The notes under the pieces are model-generated. The model did no database searches and was not told the DNA's origin. It worked only from the letters and a program-made list of their open reading frames with translations. DNA of 64,000 bases from Deltaproteobacteria bacterium (lineage in GTDB: Bacteria; Myxococcota_A; Polyangia; Fen-1088), in contig JANRKS010000031.1 in NCBI GenBank assembly GCA_033763315.1, positions 239,015-303,014 on the forward strand, given 5' to 3'. Made by a program: the position numbers and the translations under genes. Shown piece after piece: positions 37,483 through 45,893 of this stretch. Position 1 is the first letter of the stretch, and the number at the start of each line of letters is the position of its first letter.

Positions 37483-39342
37483 ATGAATCGTGGGTGGCCA
37501 TACGACGTCGATGATGGGGCGCCGCTGACCGTGGCACCGGGGCCCGACGACGGGGCAATCGACGCGGGCTATGCCATACGCGATGGCTGCACGGTTCGGA
37601 TCGACGTCGACCGCAATGGCGATGAACGCGTCGATGTACTGGCCACTTTTGTGGCCCGCATCGAAGAGGAAATTACCATTGACGATGGCGTCGACACCTC
37701 ACGTATCTTTCGCATCTCCTGTCGTCTCAAAGACGGCACAAGGGTCAAAGACGCTCTCGTGCCCGCGTTGGAATTTGAGGGCTTGTCGTGGGTACTTCGC
37801 AACTGGGGTTTGCGCGCGTTGGTGTTTTCGGGGGGAGGGCGGCGCGACCACTTGCGCACGGCCATCCAGTTGATGTCTTGCACCGCCGGACGGCGAACCG
37901 TCTACACGCACACCGGATGGCGGCAAGAAGGCGACGAATGGATCTACCTCTATCAGGGCGGCGCGGTGGGCATCGAAGGCGTCGAAGTGCGCCTAGATGG
38001 GGCGTTCGAGCGTTTTGCGTTGCCCGCACAGACATTGGAGGTTGAACGCGCAATTGCCGCCTCGTTGAGCTTGCTCGATTGTGGCCCCTCGGAAGTGACC
38101 GTGCCGCTTTTGGCAGCCACGTACGCCGCGCCGTTGTCGTTCATTCTGAATCCAGACTTCGCGGTTTGGGTCGTGGGGCTCACTGGGAGCCTCAAGAGTG
38201 AGCTTGCTTCGTTGGCTCAAAGGCATTTTGGACCGTTTACGCGTAAGACCCTGCCGGGGAGCTGGTCATCGACGTCCAACTCCCTCGAATCTCTGCTTTC
38301 GGTGACGAAGGACATGTTGGCAGTCATCGACGATTTTGCCCCTCAAGCGGACGGGCAGACACAGCGTGAGCAGACCAAACGCGCCGAAGTCATCCTTCGC
38401 AACGTCGGCAACCATGCCGGGCGCGGGCGCCTCAAGCCCGATCTGACTCAACGGCCGGTGCGCCCACCGCGAGCACTTGTCTTGTGTACGGGCGAAGATC
38501 ATCCGCCAACTCCCTCCATCGTAGCTCGGCTTGTGCTCGTGCAGGTGGATAGAACAAAGCTCGATTTTGCGGCTGTGTCGCGGACGCAAGCCGAAGGCGA
38601 GCGTCTCCCCCACGCCATGCGTGCTTACGTTGAATGGCTGCGCCCGCGCATTGTCGCGCTTAAAGAATCGCTCCCGCGTGAACTTGCTGAGCTGATGACC
38701 ACGACGTTTTCATCCGCCACGCTTGGCGGCCACATGCGGGCCCCGAGCGGTCTTGCCACGTTGTATCTGGGACTGCGCACGTTTGCCGAGTTTGCTGTCG
38801 ACAATGGGGTGCTCGAAGGAATGCAGGCTCTAAAGCTCCTTGAGGAGGCGAAGGTGGCACTTATCGCCATCGGCAAACGGCAAGCCGCCCTCGGCGACCC
38901 TGAGGGCACCTCGAATGCTCGAACTGATGCCCACACCGAGTCGCCGAGCCAAAGGTTTATTACGGCTCTTCGGGAACTGTTGGCGGCTGGGCGCGTGTGG
39001 CTTGGGTCGAGCGAAGGCTTGCATGCCTGCGGACCGTCGACCGCTTTCGTCGGTTGGTGCAAGGGCGAGGTCGTTCATTTTTTGCCAGAGCCCGCCCATC
39101 GGGCCGTGACTTCGTATCTGCGTGAATGCCGCCGTCCGTTGGTGCTTTCGTGTTCAAAGCTGGTGGAACTGCTCGTGGCTGAAGGCTTGGTGCTCGACTC
39201 GGACACGGCTCACGGTTTTCTCCAGCAAGTAAATGCCGAACGACGCGTCCTCGTGTTGCCGGCCAAGTTGATCTTGCCTGAGAAGGGGGGGGCAAAACCG
39301 CGGCTGTCGATCGTCGCTTCGCCTCAAAGGTTACCGCGATAG
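37483..39342 (+). CDS. DUF927-like replication helicase/ATPase
   Basis: YTHTGW, Walker A GLTGSLKS, SWSST.N.LE, Walker B AVIDD, GRGR, TGE. Confidence 0.8.
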   Translation: MNRGWPYDVDDGAPLTVAPGPDDGAIDAGYAIRDGCTVRIDVDRNGDERVDVLATFVARIEEEITIDDGVDTSRIFRISCRLKDGTRVKDALVPALEFEGLSWVLRNWGLRALVFSGGGRRDHLRTAIQLMSCTAGRRTVYTHTGWRQEGDEWIYLYQGGAVGIEGVEVRLDGAFERFALPAQTLEVERAIAASLSLLDCGPSEVTVPLLAATYAAPLSFILNPDFAVWVVGLTGSLKSELASLAQRHFGPFTRKTLPGSWSSTSNSLESLLSVTKDMLAVIDDFAPQADGQTQREQTKRAEVILRNVGNHAGRGRLKPDLTQRPVRPPRALVLCTGEDHPPTPSIVARLVLVQVDRTKLDFAAVSRTQAEGERLPHAMRAYVEWLRPRIVALKESLPRELAELMTTTFSSATLGGHMRAPSGLATLYLGLRTFAEFAVDNGVLEGMQALKLLEEAKVALIAIGKRQAALGDPEGTSNARTDAHTESPSQRFITALRELLAAGRVWLGSSEGLHACGPSTAFVGWCKGEVVHFLPEPAHRAVTSYLRECRRPLVLSCSKLVELLVAEGLVLDSDTAHGFLQQVNAERRVLVLPAKLILPEKGGAKPRLSIVASPQRLPR

Positions 39343-39431
39343 CCGACACACATTCCACGAAGTTCTCGGCACCTTCTGGCGGTGCAGAAGCGAAAACACG
39401 ACGGTGAATCCACAAAGAAAAGGAAGGCACC

Positions 39432-39767
39432 ATGGTAGGACGTAGAAACGCTGAGCCACCTGATCTGCAGTTTCAAATAAGGCTGAGTTCAACGATGGCT
39501 GGATCCGTTCGGATGCAGTTCGTACCAAGGCCACCGCTACGATCGTTTTACGGGGTCGAGCGTAAACTGGCCGCTGTGATTTATACCTTGGCCGCTGAGT
39601 TCGAAAGAAGGTCCGAGAGACTCAATGCCAACTGGGTCGTTGTCGCTGAGCCGAGCAGCAACCAGCTGGTAATTGAGCTCGTGGATGGCGATCGATTCGA
39701 GTTGGCGCTGCAATTCGTTCAACAAACGTTCGGCGACTTCGCGATCGACCATCTGATCGAGACGTAG
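39432..39767 (+). CDS. Hypothetical protein, paralog of 40229-40555
   Basis: T.AGSVR..FVP.PP.R.F.G..R.LA..IY shared. Confidence 0.7.
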   Translation: MVGRRNAEPPDLQFQIRLSSTMAGSVRMQFVPRPPLRSFYGVERKLAAVIYTLAAEFERRSERLNANWVVVAEPSSNQLVIELVDGDRFELALQFVQQTFGDFAIDHLIET

Positions 39768-39875
39768 GGAGCGACTGGACTGGACCTCAGCCGCCGCGAA
39801 CAAGGCGGACCGTCGAAGAGGTCCCATGGCTCAATTCGAGTAGGACCAAAGACCAATCACAACGGAGGGGCGCAT

Positions 39876-40157
39876 ATGAGAGTGAAGGAATTGATCGAGA
39901 TTTTGGAGGATCAAGATCCTAATGCCGAGGTCCTGACCATTTCACAGAAAAGCTGGCCTTTTGAATATGAAGTAGCCGGAGTGACGGCGAGGCGAGAGGT
40001 CAGACGTGCAGAACGCGAAGAAAATGGCGAGGAAGATGACAATGATGCTGCTGACGCAGAGGAGGATCGGAGAGAGCGGACGGCGCCTACCGACGTATTG
40101 ATCGTTGAAGGTAAGCAGCTGCGTTATGGCTCGAAGGCTGCGTGGCGGGTGGTTTGA
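39876..40157 (+). CDS. Small acidic phage-type protein
   Basis: MRVKELIE.LE..DP.AEV...WPFEY...EG.QLRYG; SD GGAGG. Confidence 0.75.
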   Translation: MRVKELIEILEDQDPNAEVLTISQKSWPFEYEVAGVTARREVRRAEREENGEEDDNDAADAEEDRRERTAPTDVLIVEGKQLRYGSKAAWRVV

Positions 40158-40228
40158 TGCACGACGACCCCTAGCCGCACCTTACCTGGGCGAAAAGAGG
40201 GCCGCTTGAACACAAGAAGGAGGCGTTC

Positions 40229-40555
40229 ATGTCGAATAGAAGGAAGGAATGGCGTGAGTTCGTTGTGGTTGTAGGAAGGACGGAAGCCGGTAGCGTTCGC
40301 CTTAAATTCGTGCCTAAGCCACCGCAGCGAGCATTCGATGGGAACTACCGGCAACTTGCCATCGCCATCTACAAGGTCGCCATCGCATGTGAGCAGCTAT
40401 GTCACGACGTCGATCTCAATTTCGTGATTTCCCCAGAGACGTTCAACAATAGGCTGGATATCGAGGCAAGCGGCAGGGTCAGCGATGCGTTGGCGCAGGA
40501 GTTTGTGGAAAAGGCAATGTTGCGCGCGGGCCTCGAAAACGTCGTCATCGAATAG
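40229..40555 (+). CDS. Hypothetical protein, paralog of 39432-39767
   Basis: SD AGGAGG; shared motif with the paralog. Confidence 0.7.
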   Translation: MSNRRKEWREFVVVVGRTEAGSVRLKFVPKPPQRAFDGNYRQLAIAIYKVAIACEQLCHDVDLNFVISPETFNNRLDIEASGRVSDALAQEFVEKAMLRAGLENVVIE

Positions 40556-40773
40556 GAAATTGCGGCGTGATCCCCCGTTCGGATTCGCCCTGATGGTGCC
40601 ACCCTGCGCCGTGACACGCAAAGCGCGGGAACGCTGGGGCCTTTGGGGCAAACAGTGGCGAAAGAGCGCTTTGTTTGTCTTCCGACTGGACTGTTCAGAG
40701 AAGTGGAGCGACGAATCGTCCAAGGGCGATGGGCGAGGGGAAGGCGAAGTCAGCACCACAACGGAGAACATCC

Positions 40774-41475
40774 ATGTCGAAGAAGAAGTCTGAAACGAAG
40801 AAGCCAAAGATCGTTGCGACGATAAAAACCAAGGTGACCAGCAAGGCCGAATCCAAGCGGCCAACACAGGAGGCTTCGTCCGCCAGACCCAAAGTGGTTG
40901 CAGAAGCCGAGAGCCCTGCGGCCGCCCTTCCGCAATCTTCCTTGGAACTGGTGAAGCCCGCGAGCAATTTCACTGCACCGCTGCCGGTTTGGGACGCAAC
41001 GGCAATGCCGGCACTCGCCCCTGAGAGCGAAGCGTCTGTGGCAAAATCCGATCACGGTGGCGACAGGAAACGTGGCATACCGCGAACGGCAGATCCGCGC
41101 CTTCCACAAGTCCCCACGACTCTGGTGCGCCACGACCGCCACGGGGTGGTCCTGTGCGAATGCAGCGTGGGGCCAGACGGAATTTTCTATAAGGGCCAAC
41201 AGTACGGGTCGCTATCGGGAGCTGCCAGCGCGGCGTCGAAGGATCTAGGTCTAAACCCCGTGGTCAACGGCTATGTATTCTTTGGCCTAGAGAAGCCCGC
41301 CCGCGAGCGCACCAGTGACGTGGAGCGGCTTAAGCGGCTCGGTCAACGATACGAAGAACTATTTGGCGCCATGCTGATGGCGCGTGCGCCAGAGGCAGCG
41401 GGAGATAGCATCAAGGAGGAGATCAAGGCACACAAGGAGCGCCTGCAGAAGATTCTCGCACTGGCGGCGGCGTAG
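40774..41475 (+). CDS. Lys-rich protein with DUF2924-like C-terminal domain
   Basis: DPRLP..TTLVR..DGIFYKGQQYGSLSGAA..VNGYVFFGL aligns with the C-half of 13986-14474. Confidence 0.75.
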   Translation: MSKKKSETKKPKIVATIKTKVTSKAESKRPTQEASSARPKVVAEAESPAAALPQSSLELVKPASNFTAPLPVWDATAMPALAPESEASVAKSDHGGDRKRGIPRTADPRLPQVPTTLVRHDRHGVVLCECSVGPDGIFYKGQQYGSLSGAASAASKDLGLNPVVNGYVFFGLEKPARERTSDVERLKRLGQRYEELFGAMLMARAPEAAGDSIKEEIKAHKERLQKILALAAA

Positions 41476-41547
41476 TGGTCGTGCGTTGAGCCGATACTCT
41501 GATCCAAAGAAGGAACGCAGAAATCTGGGCCGCGGCCCCTGCGCTGC

Positions 41548-41920
41548 CTACGACGGATCCGCGGCTGCCGCAGGTTCCAACAACGCTCGTGCGGCGCGAT
41601 CGCCGTGGGGTGGTCCAGTGGGAATACTCGGTGGGCCCTGCAGGGATTTTCTATAATGGCCGCAAGTTCCAGTCGCTTTCGGGGTCGGCCAGTGCAGCGT
41701 CCAAAGACCTGGGTCTCAACCCGGTGGTCAATGGCTACGTATTTTTTCAACTGGCCAAACCCGCACGTGCGAAGCTCGGTGACGTCGAACGTCAAAGGCG
41801 CATAGGTAGTCGATACGAGGAGCAGCTTGGCGCCATGCGTATGGCACGCGCGGGCGAAGAGCCGGACATGGCATAGGCGGAGGAGATAGAAGCGCACACG
41901 CAACGCCACCGAAAGAGTTT
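41548..41920 (+). pseudogene. Degenerate tandem copy of the DUF2924-like domain
   Basis: Homologous to 41085-41450; no good start; TAG at 41874-41876 with homology continuing (EEIEAH vs EEIKAH). Confidence 0.65.
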
Positions 41921-42315
41921 TTCGGTGAACGCGGAGTAGGGGCCATCCGGTAGGGGCCAGCCGGTCAACTCGCAATCATCGGGTCGGCTGGCGACGGAGG
42001 CATCTGCGGCGTTCGCTCGTGGTGATGGTGTATGGCCACTCTGAATGGCAATCGAAAACGGCGCTTCAATGAATTTTCGGGCGTGCCGAAAGCTTTGCGG
42101 CCACCTTTTTGAGGGCAAGTACATCAAGCGCGCTCGCTCAAGACCGCCTCCGTGATCGCGAAAAGATTCGACAGCCGGTGCGGAGACGCCCGTGTCGAGC
42201 TCAGGGCCGCGCAGAGGGGGGCACCGCGTACCAGCGCGCCGCGACGTTACCCAAAGCCGAGGGGGCCCCGGTGCGGGCCGGAGGACCATTGGGCTCGACC
42301 AAATCTCCGTTGCTG

Positions 42316-43272
42316 TCAGGCGAGCAGCGATCCCACGAGATACGCACGGCTTACGAGCCCACTCGCGCCGGTATCTACAAACTGCAGCACCCGGTCACGG
42401 ATGGGGCCGGCCAATCGTTTGCTAACATCGATTGATAGAAGCCTCGCTCGTGCGGCCTGGGCACGGCAGCCCCCTCGACGAAGCGCGAATCCAACGCGTT
42501 CAGCGTCCTGGATATTTAAAGAAAAAATGCTCTGAAGAATTGCCCAAAGCTGTTCATGGTAGAGCATCCTGCCCTGTGTTGACGACAAAAATGGTTCCAG
42601 ACATGCGGGACAATGCGGTTCCACCGATTCTTCCCGCTGGCCCGCGTTTTTGATCGACAGCGCTCTTGTTGAACCATCTTCATCGCGCGGTGAAACCTTA
42701 GAGGCACCCGGAATCGGGTCTATGAATGCCTTTGAAGGAAGGAGCAGAATGTTCGGGACCCTAAATCGCCGAGCAATGCCTTTTATTGAGAGATGTTCGC
42801 CGCAATCCAAGGGAAATGCCCCCCACGCTCTTGCGCCAGGCTCGTCAAGTTCAACGAAGATACCAAGGTCAAAGCGTGCGAGAACTTCGGCGGCCACATT
42901 CATGCCGTGGGGTGCGAGCGATAAAGCAACGGATGGAGCAGTAATGGCGCCGCATAGGAATGGTTCGAAATAGAGACTCTCCTCGACTGGGTCAATGCGC
43001 GAGAGACCAAGCGCGAACATCACGAGCGATCCGTTGATTTTGCCCGGAAGAACCGAGTAAGCGAATTTCTTCCGTTGCGATATATCGAGCACTCGCTTGG
43101 CAGCAAGAACGAACGGTGCAAGACCGCTCGCCTCGACTACACACAGCTCCGCTTCAGCTCGGTCAAAATATGGTGCTCGTGAGGGCCGAAGTTGCCGGGT
43201 GCCGACGTAGGAGTTCAACGCTCGGAAAACCCTGGCCCGAAGCGTTTGGTTGTAGTCTTGGGGCATCGCCAT
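42316..43272 (-). CDS. Truncated, catalytically degenerate DNA polymerase III alpha (DnaE)-like protein
   Basis: GSLVMFALGLSRIDP...LYFEPFL and LEPFLSSTQGRMLYHEQL match DnaE palm/finger motifs; PDIDxD is replaced by PSVALS. Confidence 0.72.
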   Translation of the reverse strand: MAMPQDYNQTLRARVFRALNSYVGTRQLRPSRAPYFDRAEAELCVVEASGLAPFVLAAKRVLDISQRKKFAYSVLPGKINGSLVMFALGLSRIDPVEESLYFEPFLCGAITAPSVALSLAPHGMNVAAEVLARFDLGIFVELDEPGARAWGAFPLDCGEHLSIKGIARRFRVPNILLLPSKAFIDPIPGASKVSPRDEDGSTRALSIKNAGQREESVEPHCPACLEPFLSSTQGRMLYHEQLWAILQSIFSLNIQDAERVGFALRRGGCRAQAARARLLSIDVSKRLAGPIRDRVLQFVDTGASGLVSRAYLVGSLLA

Positions 43273-44175
43273 TTATTTGCCGCGATTGAGCGTTGATTGT
43301 CCGGCCCTTGGCACTTCTGCGAGGATGAGGTTGCCCTTGTCGTTGAACGTGTAAAGCAGAACAGAAAGAGACAGATCGAACCCACCAATCTTGGCGGTGC
43401 CCATCTGCGAAAGCACGGACTGGCACGCTTCCGAACTGCAGGTGCCGTTCTTTTCGACGACGGCGGTTGCTTCCAAAGAAGAGGGCGGGGTGCCTTTTGC
43501 GTAGCCGTAGAGCTTCCAAAGCGCTTCGCTACGTGCTTCGACGATGCCTACGCAGTACGCGATCGCTTGTTCAAGTGTCTTGCGGACATCCACCCTACCA
43601 GGCTTCTTCAGTTCAAGAACGCGAAGCACCGAACCACGTCCCGTGCCACGGCGAGCAAGAATATCGACATGTCCGGTATTGTTACCACCACGAGGTGATG
43701 CTGGATTAGGAAATTGAATGCGAAGGCCTGCATGGGGATACTTCACTGCCGCATGTCTTCTGAGCGGATGCCCGGGAGCCCGATCTTCTTCGAGCATCGT
43801 AAGCAAGGCCGCCTCAACATTCTTCTCGGCCAAAGGGATTTTTCTATCCGAGTGCGACCGGATGAGTGCCAGTACGGCGTTGCTATTCCAATTTTCATCT
43901 TTTAGTTCGCCACCTGTGAACTTCGGAACGCCGCTCTTGAACGTCACGGTGCCAACCACGGCCCCTTTTACCCGCACGCTGATCTTGTTCGTGGCACTTA
44001 TGCTGACGTAGAAGCTCGCATGAAACTGATTCCTTGAACGCATGCTTTTCTTAAGCAGCATGATGGTGTCGGTCTCGCCGCTAACCAGCGCCTCGGCTCT
44101 TTGCCGCTCCCTCTCAACAGTGACGGAGTTAAGCAGTTTCGCTTGAACATCACGAACACATTCGTTGGCAGTCAT
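43273..44175 (-). CDS. PD-(D/E)XK nuclease-like protein
   Basis: AEKNVE..HVDILA..VLELK..QAIAY; SD AAGGA. Confidence 0.72.
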   Translation of the reverse strand: MTANECVRDVQAKLLNSVTVERERQRAEALVSGETDTIMLLKKSMRSRNQFHASFYVSISATNKISVRVKGAVVGTVTFKSGVPKFTGGELKDENWNSNAVLALIRSHSDRKIPLAEKNVEAALLTMLEEDRAPGHPLRRHAAVKYPHAGLRIQFPNPASPRGGNNTGHVDILARRGTGRGSVLRVLELKKPGRVDVRKTLEQAIAYCVGIVEARSEALWKLYGYAKGTPPSSLEATAVVEKNGTCSSEACQSVLSQMGTAKIGGFDLSLSVLLYTFNDKGNLILAEVPRAGQSTLNRGK

Positions 44176-44270
44176 TGTGAAGATTCCTTTGTGCATTCGG
44201 AGGAAGCGGCCTGACCAATGTATCACCTCCTGAAAGTTGGATGAGCTGGTTCCGCCGGTTGACTGGGCTT

Positions 44271-45056
44271 TTACGCCGCCACCAAAAATTGGGGACGAAC
44301 GGACCGAATCAAAGGCACCATGGTAGCGGCACCGGCGGATATCTCGGTGCCCCATGCTTTCTCCGGTACCACTTTTGCGGTATGCGCGGACATTGCTACC
44401 TCCCATTCGCCATGGGTTGAAAAGGACTCGCGTGTTCCGTTCTTCATTTCATCGGCGCCGACAACGCCCAGAAAGACGAGCACGACGGGAACGCCAAGAC
44501 TTGCAAGCTTCCAGGCCAAGGCAAACCGGTTGGCGACTTGATAGTGGTGGTCGCGGTCAAGGTTCCATCCAGGCAGACGGTCGTTGAGATCCGCGTTTGC
44601 CTTGCGAATGGCTTCGCCAATGGATTCGTGGTTGCCTGAATGGCTGTTGGAGTCGAATCTCTTTCCACCCGAATCTAGTTCTTGTGTATGGGCTTTGGCT
44701 TCGACGAGAAGCAATCCTGCTTTGCCTCCTATTTGACATGAGGACGCTATGTCCCAGGTTGGCAGACGCGCGGTCGGTGCGGGCCTCGCTAACCATGACT
44801 CGGTCAGTCGCTCTGCTACTACCTCACTAACGAAGCCAGGGCTGCGGCCGATCTGTGCTTCTCCAGTATGCAAAAATCCCCGCGGCATGATCAAGGCGTC
44901 ACTTGGCACACGTGCGAGGCCACCGACCAAGGAGTCGAGGCGAGACGCAACCTGCTCAGCGGAGCCATTGGTGAAAGATAGGCAGAAAAGTCTGCTTCCC
45001 TTAAGATCACGTGGTTCTAGGTTGAGCGACGAACTCGGCGAGCGGTCAGGGATCAT
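44271..45056 (-). CDS. PD-(D/E)XK nuclease-like protein
   Basis: PTWDIA...LLLVEAKAH..E, HYQVANR. Confidence 0.68.
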   Translation of the reverse strand: MIPDRSPSSSLNLEPRDLKGSRLFCLSFTNGSAEQVASRLDSLVGGLARVPSDALIMPRGFLHTGEAQIGRSPGFVSEVVAERLTESWLARPAPTARLPTWDIASSCQIGGKAGLLLVEAKAHTQELDSGGKRFDSNSHSGNHESIGEAIRKANADLNDRLPGWNLDRDHHYQVANRFALAWKLASLGVPVVLVFLGVVGADEMKNGTRESFSTHGEWEVAMSAHTAKVVPEKAWGTEISAGAATMVPLIRSVRPQFLVAA

Positions 45057-45205
45057 CGGTGTGCCCACTTTCCGCAGTTGGAGCACTTGGCTTCGGTTTC
45101 GCCTTTGGGAACCAAAATACCCTGTCCGCACCCAGGGCAAGGAACCTGGGTAGGAGTTTCTGTTCCGGGTTTGACTTGGTGTACTTGGCTGCGATGATTT
45201 GTCAT
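45053..45205 (-). CDS. Small Zn-ribbon protein
   Basis: CPGC...CSNC; ATGA overlap with the next gene; start uncertain. Confidence 0.55.
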   Translation of the reverse strand: MTNHRSQVHQVKPGTETPTQVPCPGCGQGILVPKGETEAKCSNCGKWAHR

Positions 45206-45316
45206 GGCTCTTGAATACAAGGGCAACTCCGTAGACTTTGAAACCTTCTGTATGTCCATGAAATCATGTGTATATTTCAAGGCCTCTTGAGTCACTTGAA
45301 AAATAGGCGGCCGTAG

Positions 45317-45766
45317 ATGATCTTGTCCAGCCGCAAAGGTTCGGTGACCTTTTCGGCAGCCGACGAGGCACGCCTTCGGGCATGGCGTGGGAAGTCAGAC
45401 CGGTCGATACCGTCGCCCCTAATGAACGACTTGGCCAACCGGGCTCGCGCAGTTCTGTTGCTTGCTGGCGCACATTCCGATCGCCGTTTGAGCGCCGTAG
45501 CCGCAAAGGTGCAGCTAAGTGCCGCGACCGTTATGCGCTTGCGGGATCGCGTGATTGCTCGAGGGGTTGAAGCGCTGGCAGAGGGCTTGTCTCACGCCCG
45601 CCGCATCGACCGGCGGGTAAGGGCCAACCTCAAGATTGAGCGTGCAGAGGCTATCGCTCGAGGGCGACGAGATGGTTCAACCACGCGTGAATTGGCGGCG
45701 AAGTTCCATGTTAGCCAAGCGACCGCCGGACGCTGGATTCGCGAAGGCGCCCATCCCAAGCGGTGA
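45317..45766 (+). CDS. Double-HTH protein resembling the IS630 N-terminal DNA-binding region, no DDE domain
   Basis: RARAVLLLA..VAAKVQLSAATV.R.R...GVEAL; G.TTRELAAKFHVSQATAGRW. Confidence 0.6.
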   Translation: MILSSRKGSVTFSAADEARLRAWRGKSDRSIPSPLMNDLANRARAVLLLAGAHSDRRLSAVAAKVQLSAATVMRLRDRVIARGVEALAEGLSHARRIDRRVRANLKIERAEAIARGRRDGSTTRELAAKFHVSQATAGRWIREGAHPKR

Positions 45767-45893
45767 TTGGCAGGGGGGGGCCGCTGTCATTGGCGCATGC
45801 CCTTTAGGGGCGCACTACGGGGCTCGGTCTACCTTTCGTCAAGACCATTTCTGCTTGTCGTGAATGTCATAGGCCTGCGACAATGCAGGCGTC

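Larger units (their letters stand above)
12419..41920. mobile_element. Integrated tailless virus-like element (provirus); boundaries approximate
   Basis: Serine recombinase module, repressor-like, sigma-like and Com-like regulators, a long co-oriented structural/lysis operon, excisionase-like HTH and helicase. No att sites identified. Confidence 0.72.

Noticed and set aside
42316-43272. Functional dnaE/dnaE2 polymerase or imuABC cassette
   Set aside because: Far too short, catalytic aspartates are absent, and there are no imuA/imuB neighbours.
45317-45766. IS630 insertion sequence
   Set aside because: Only the HTH region is present; no DDE domain or terminal inverted repeats seen.
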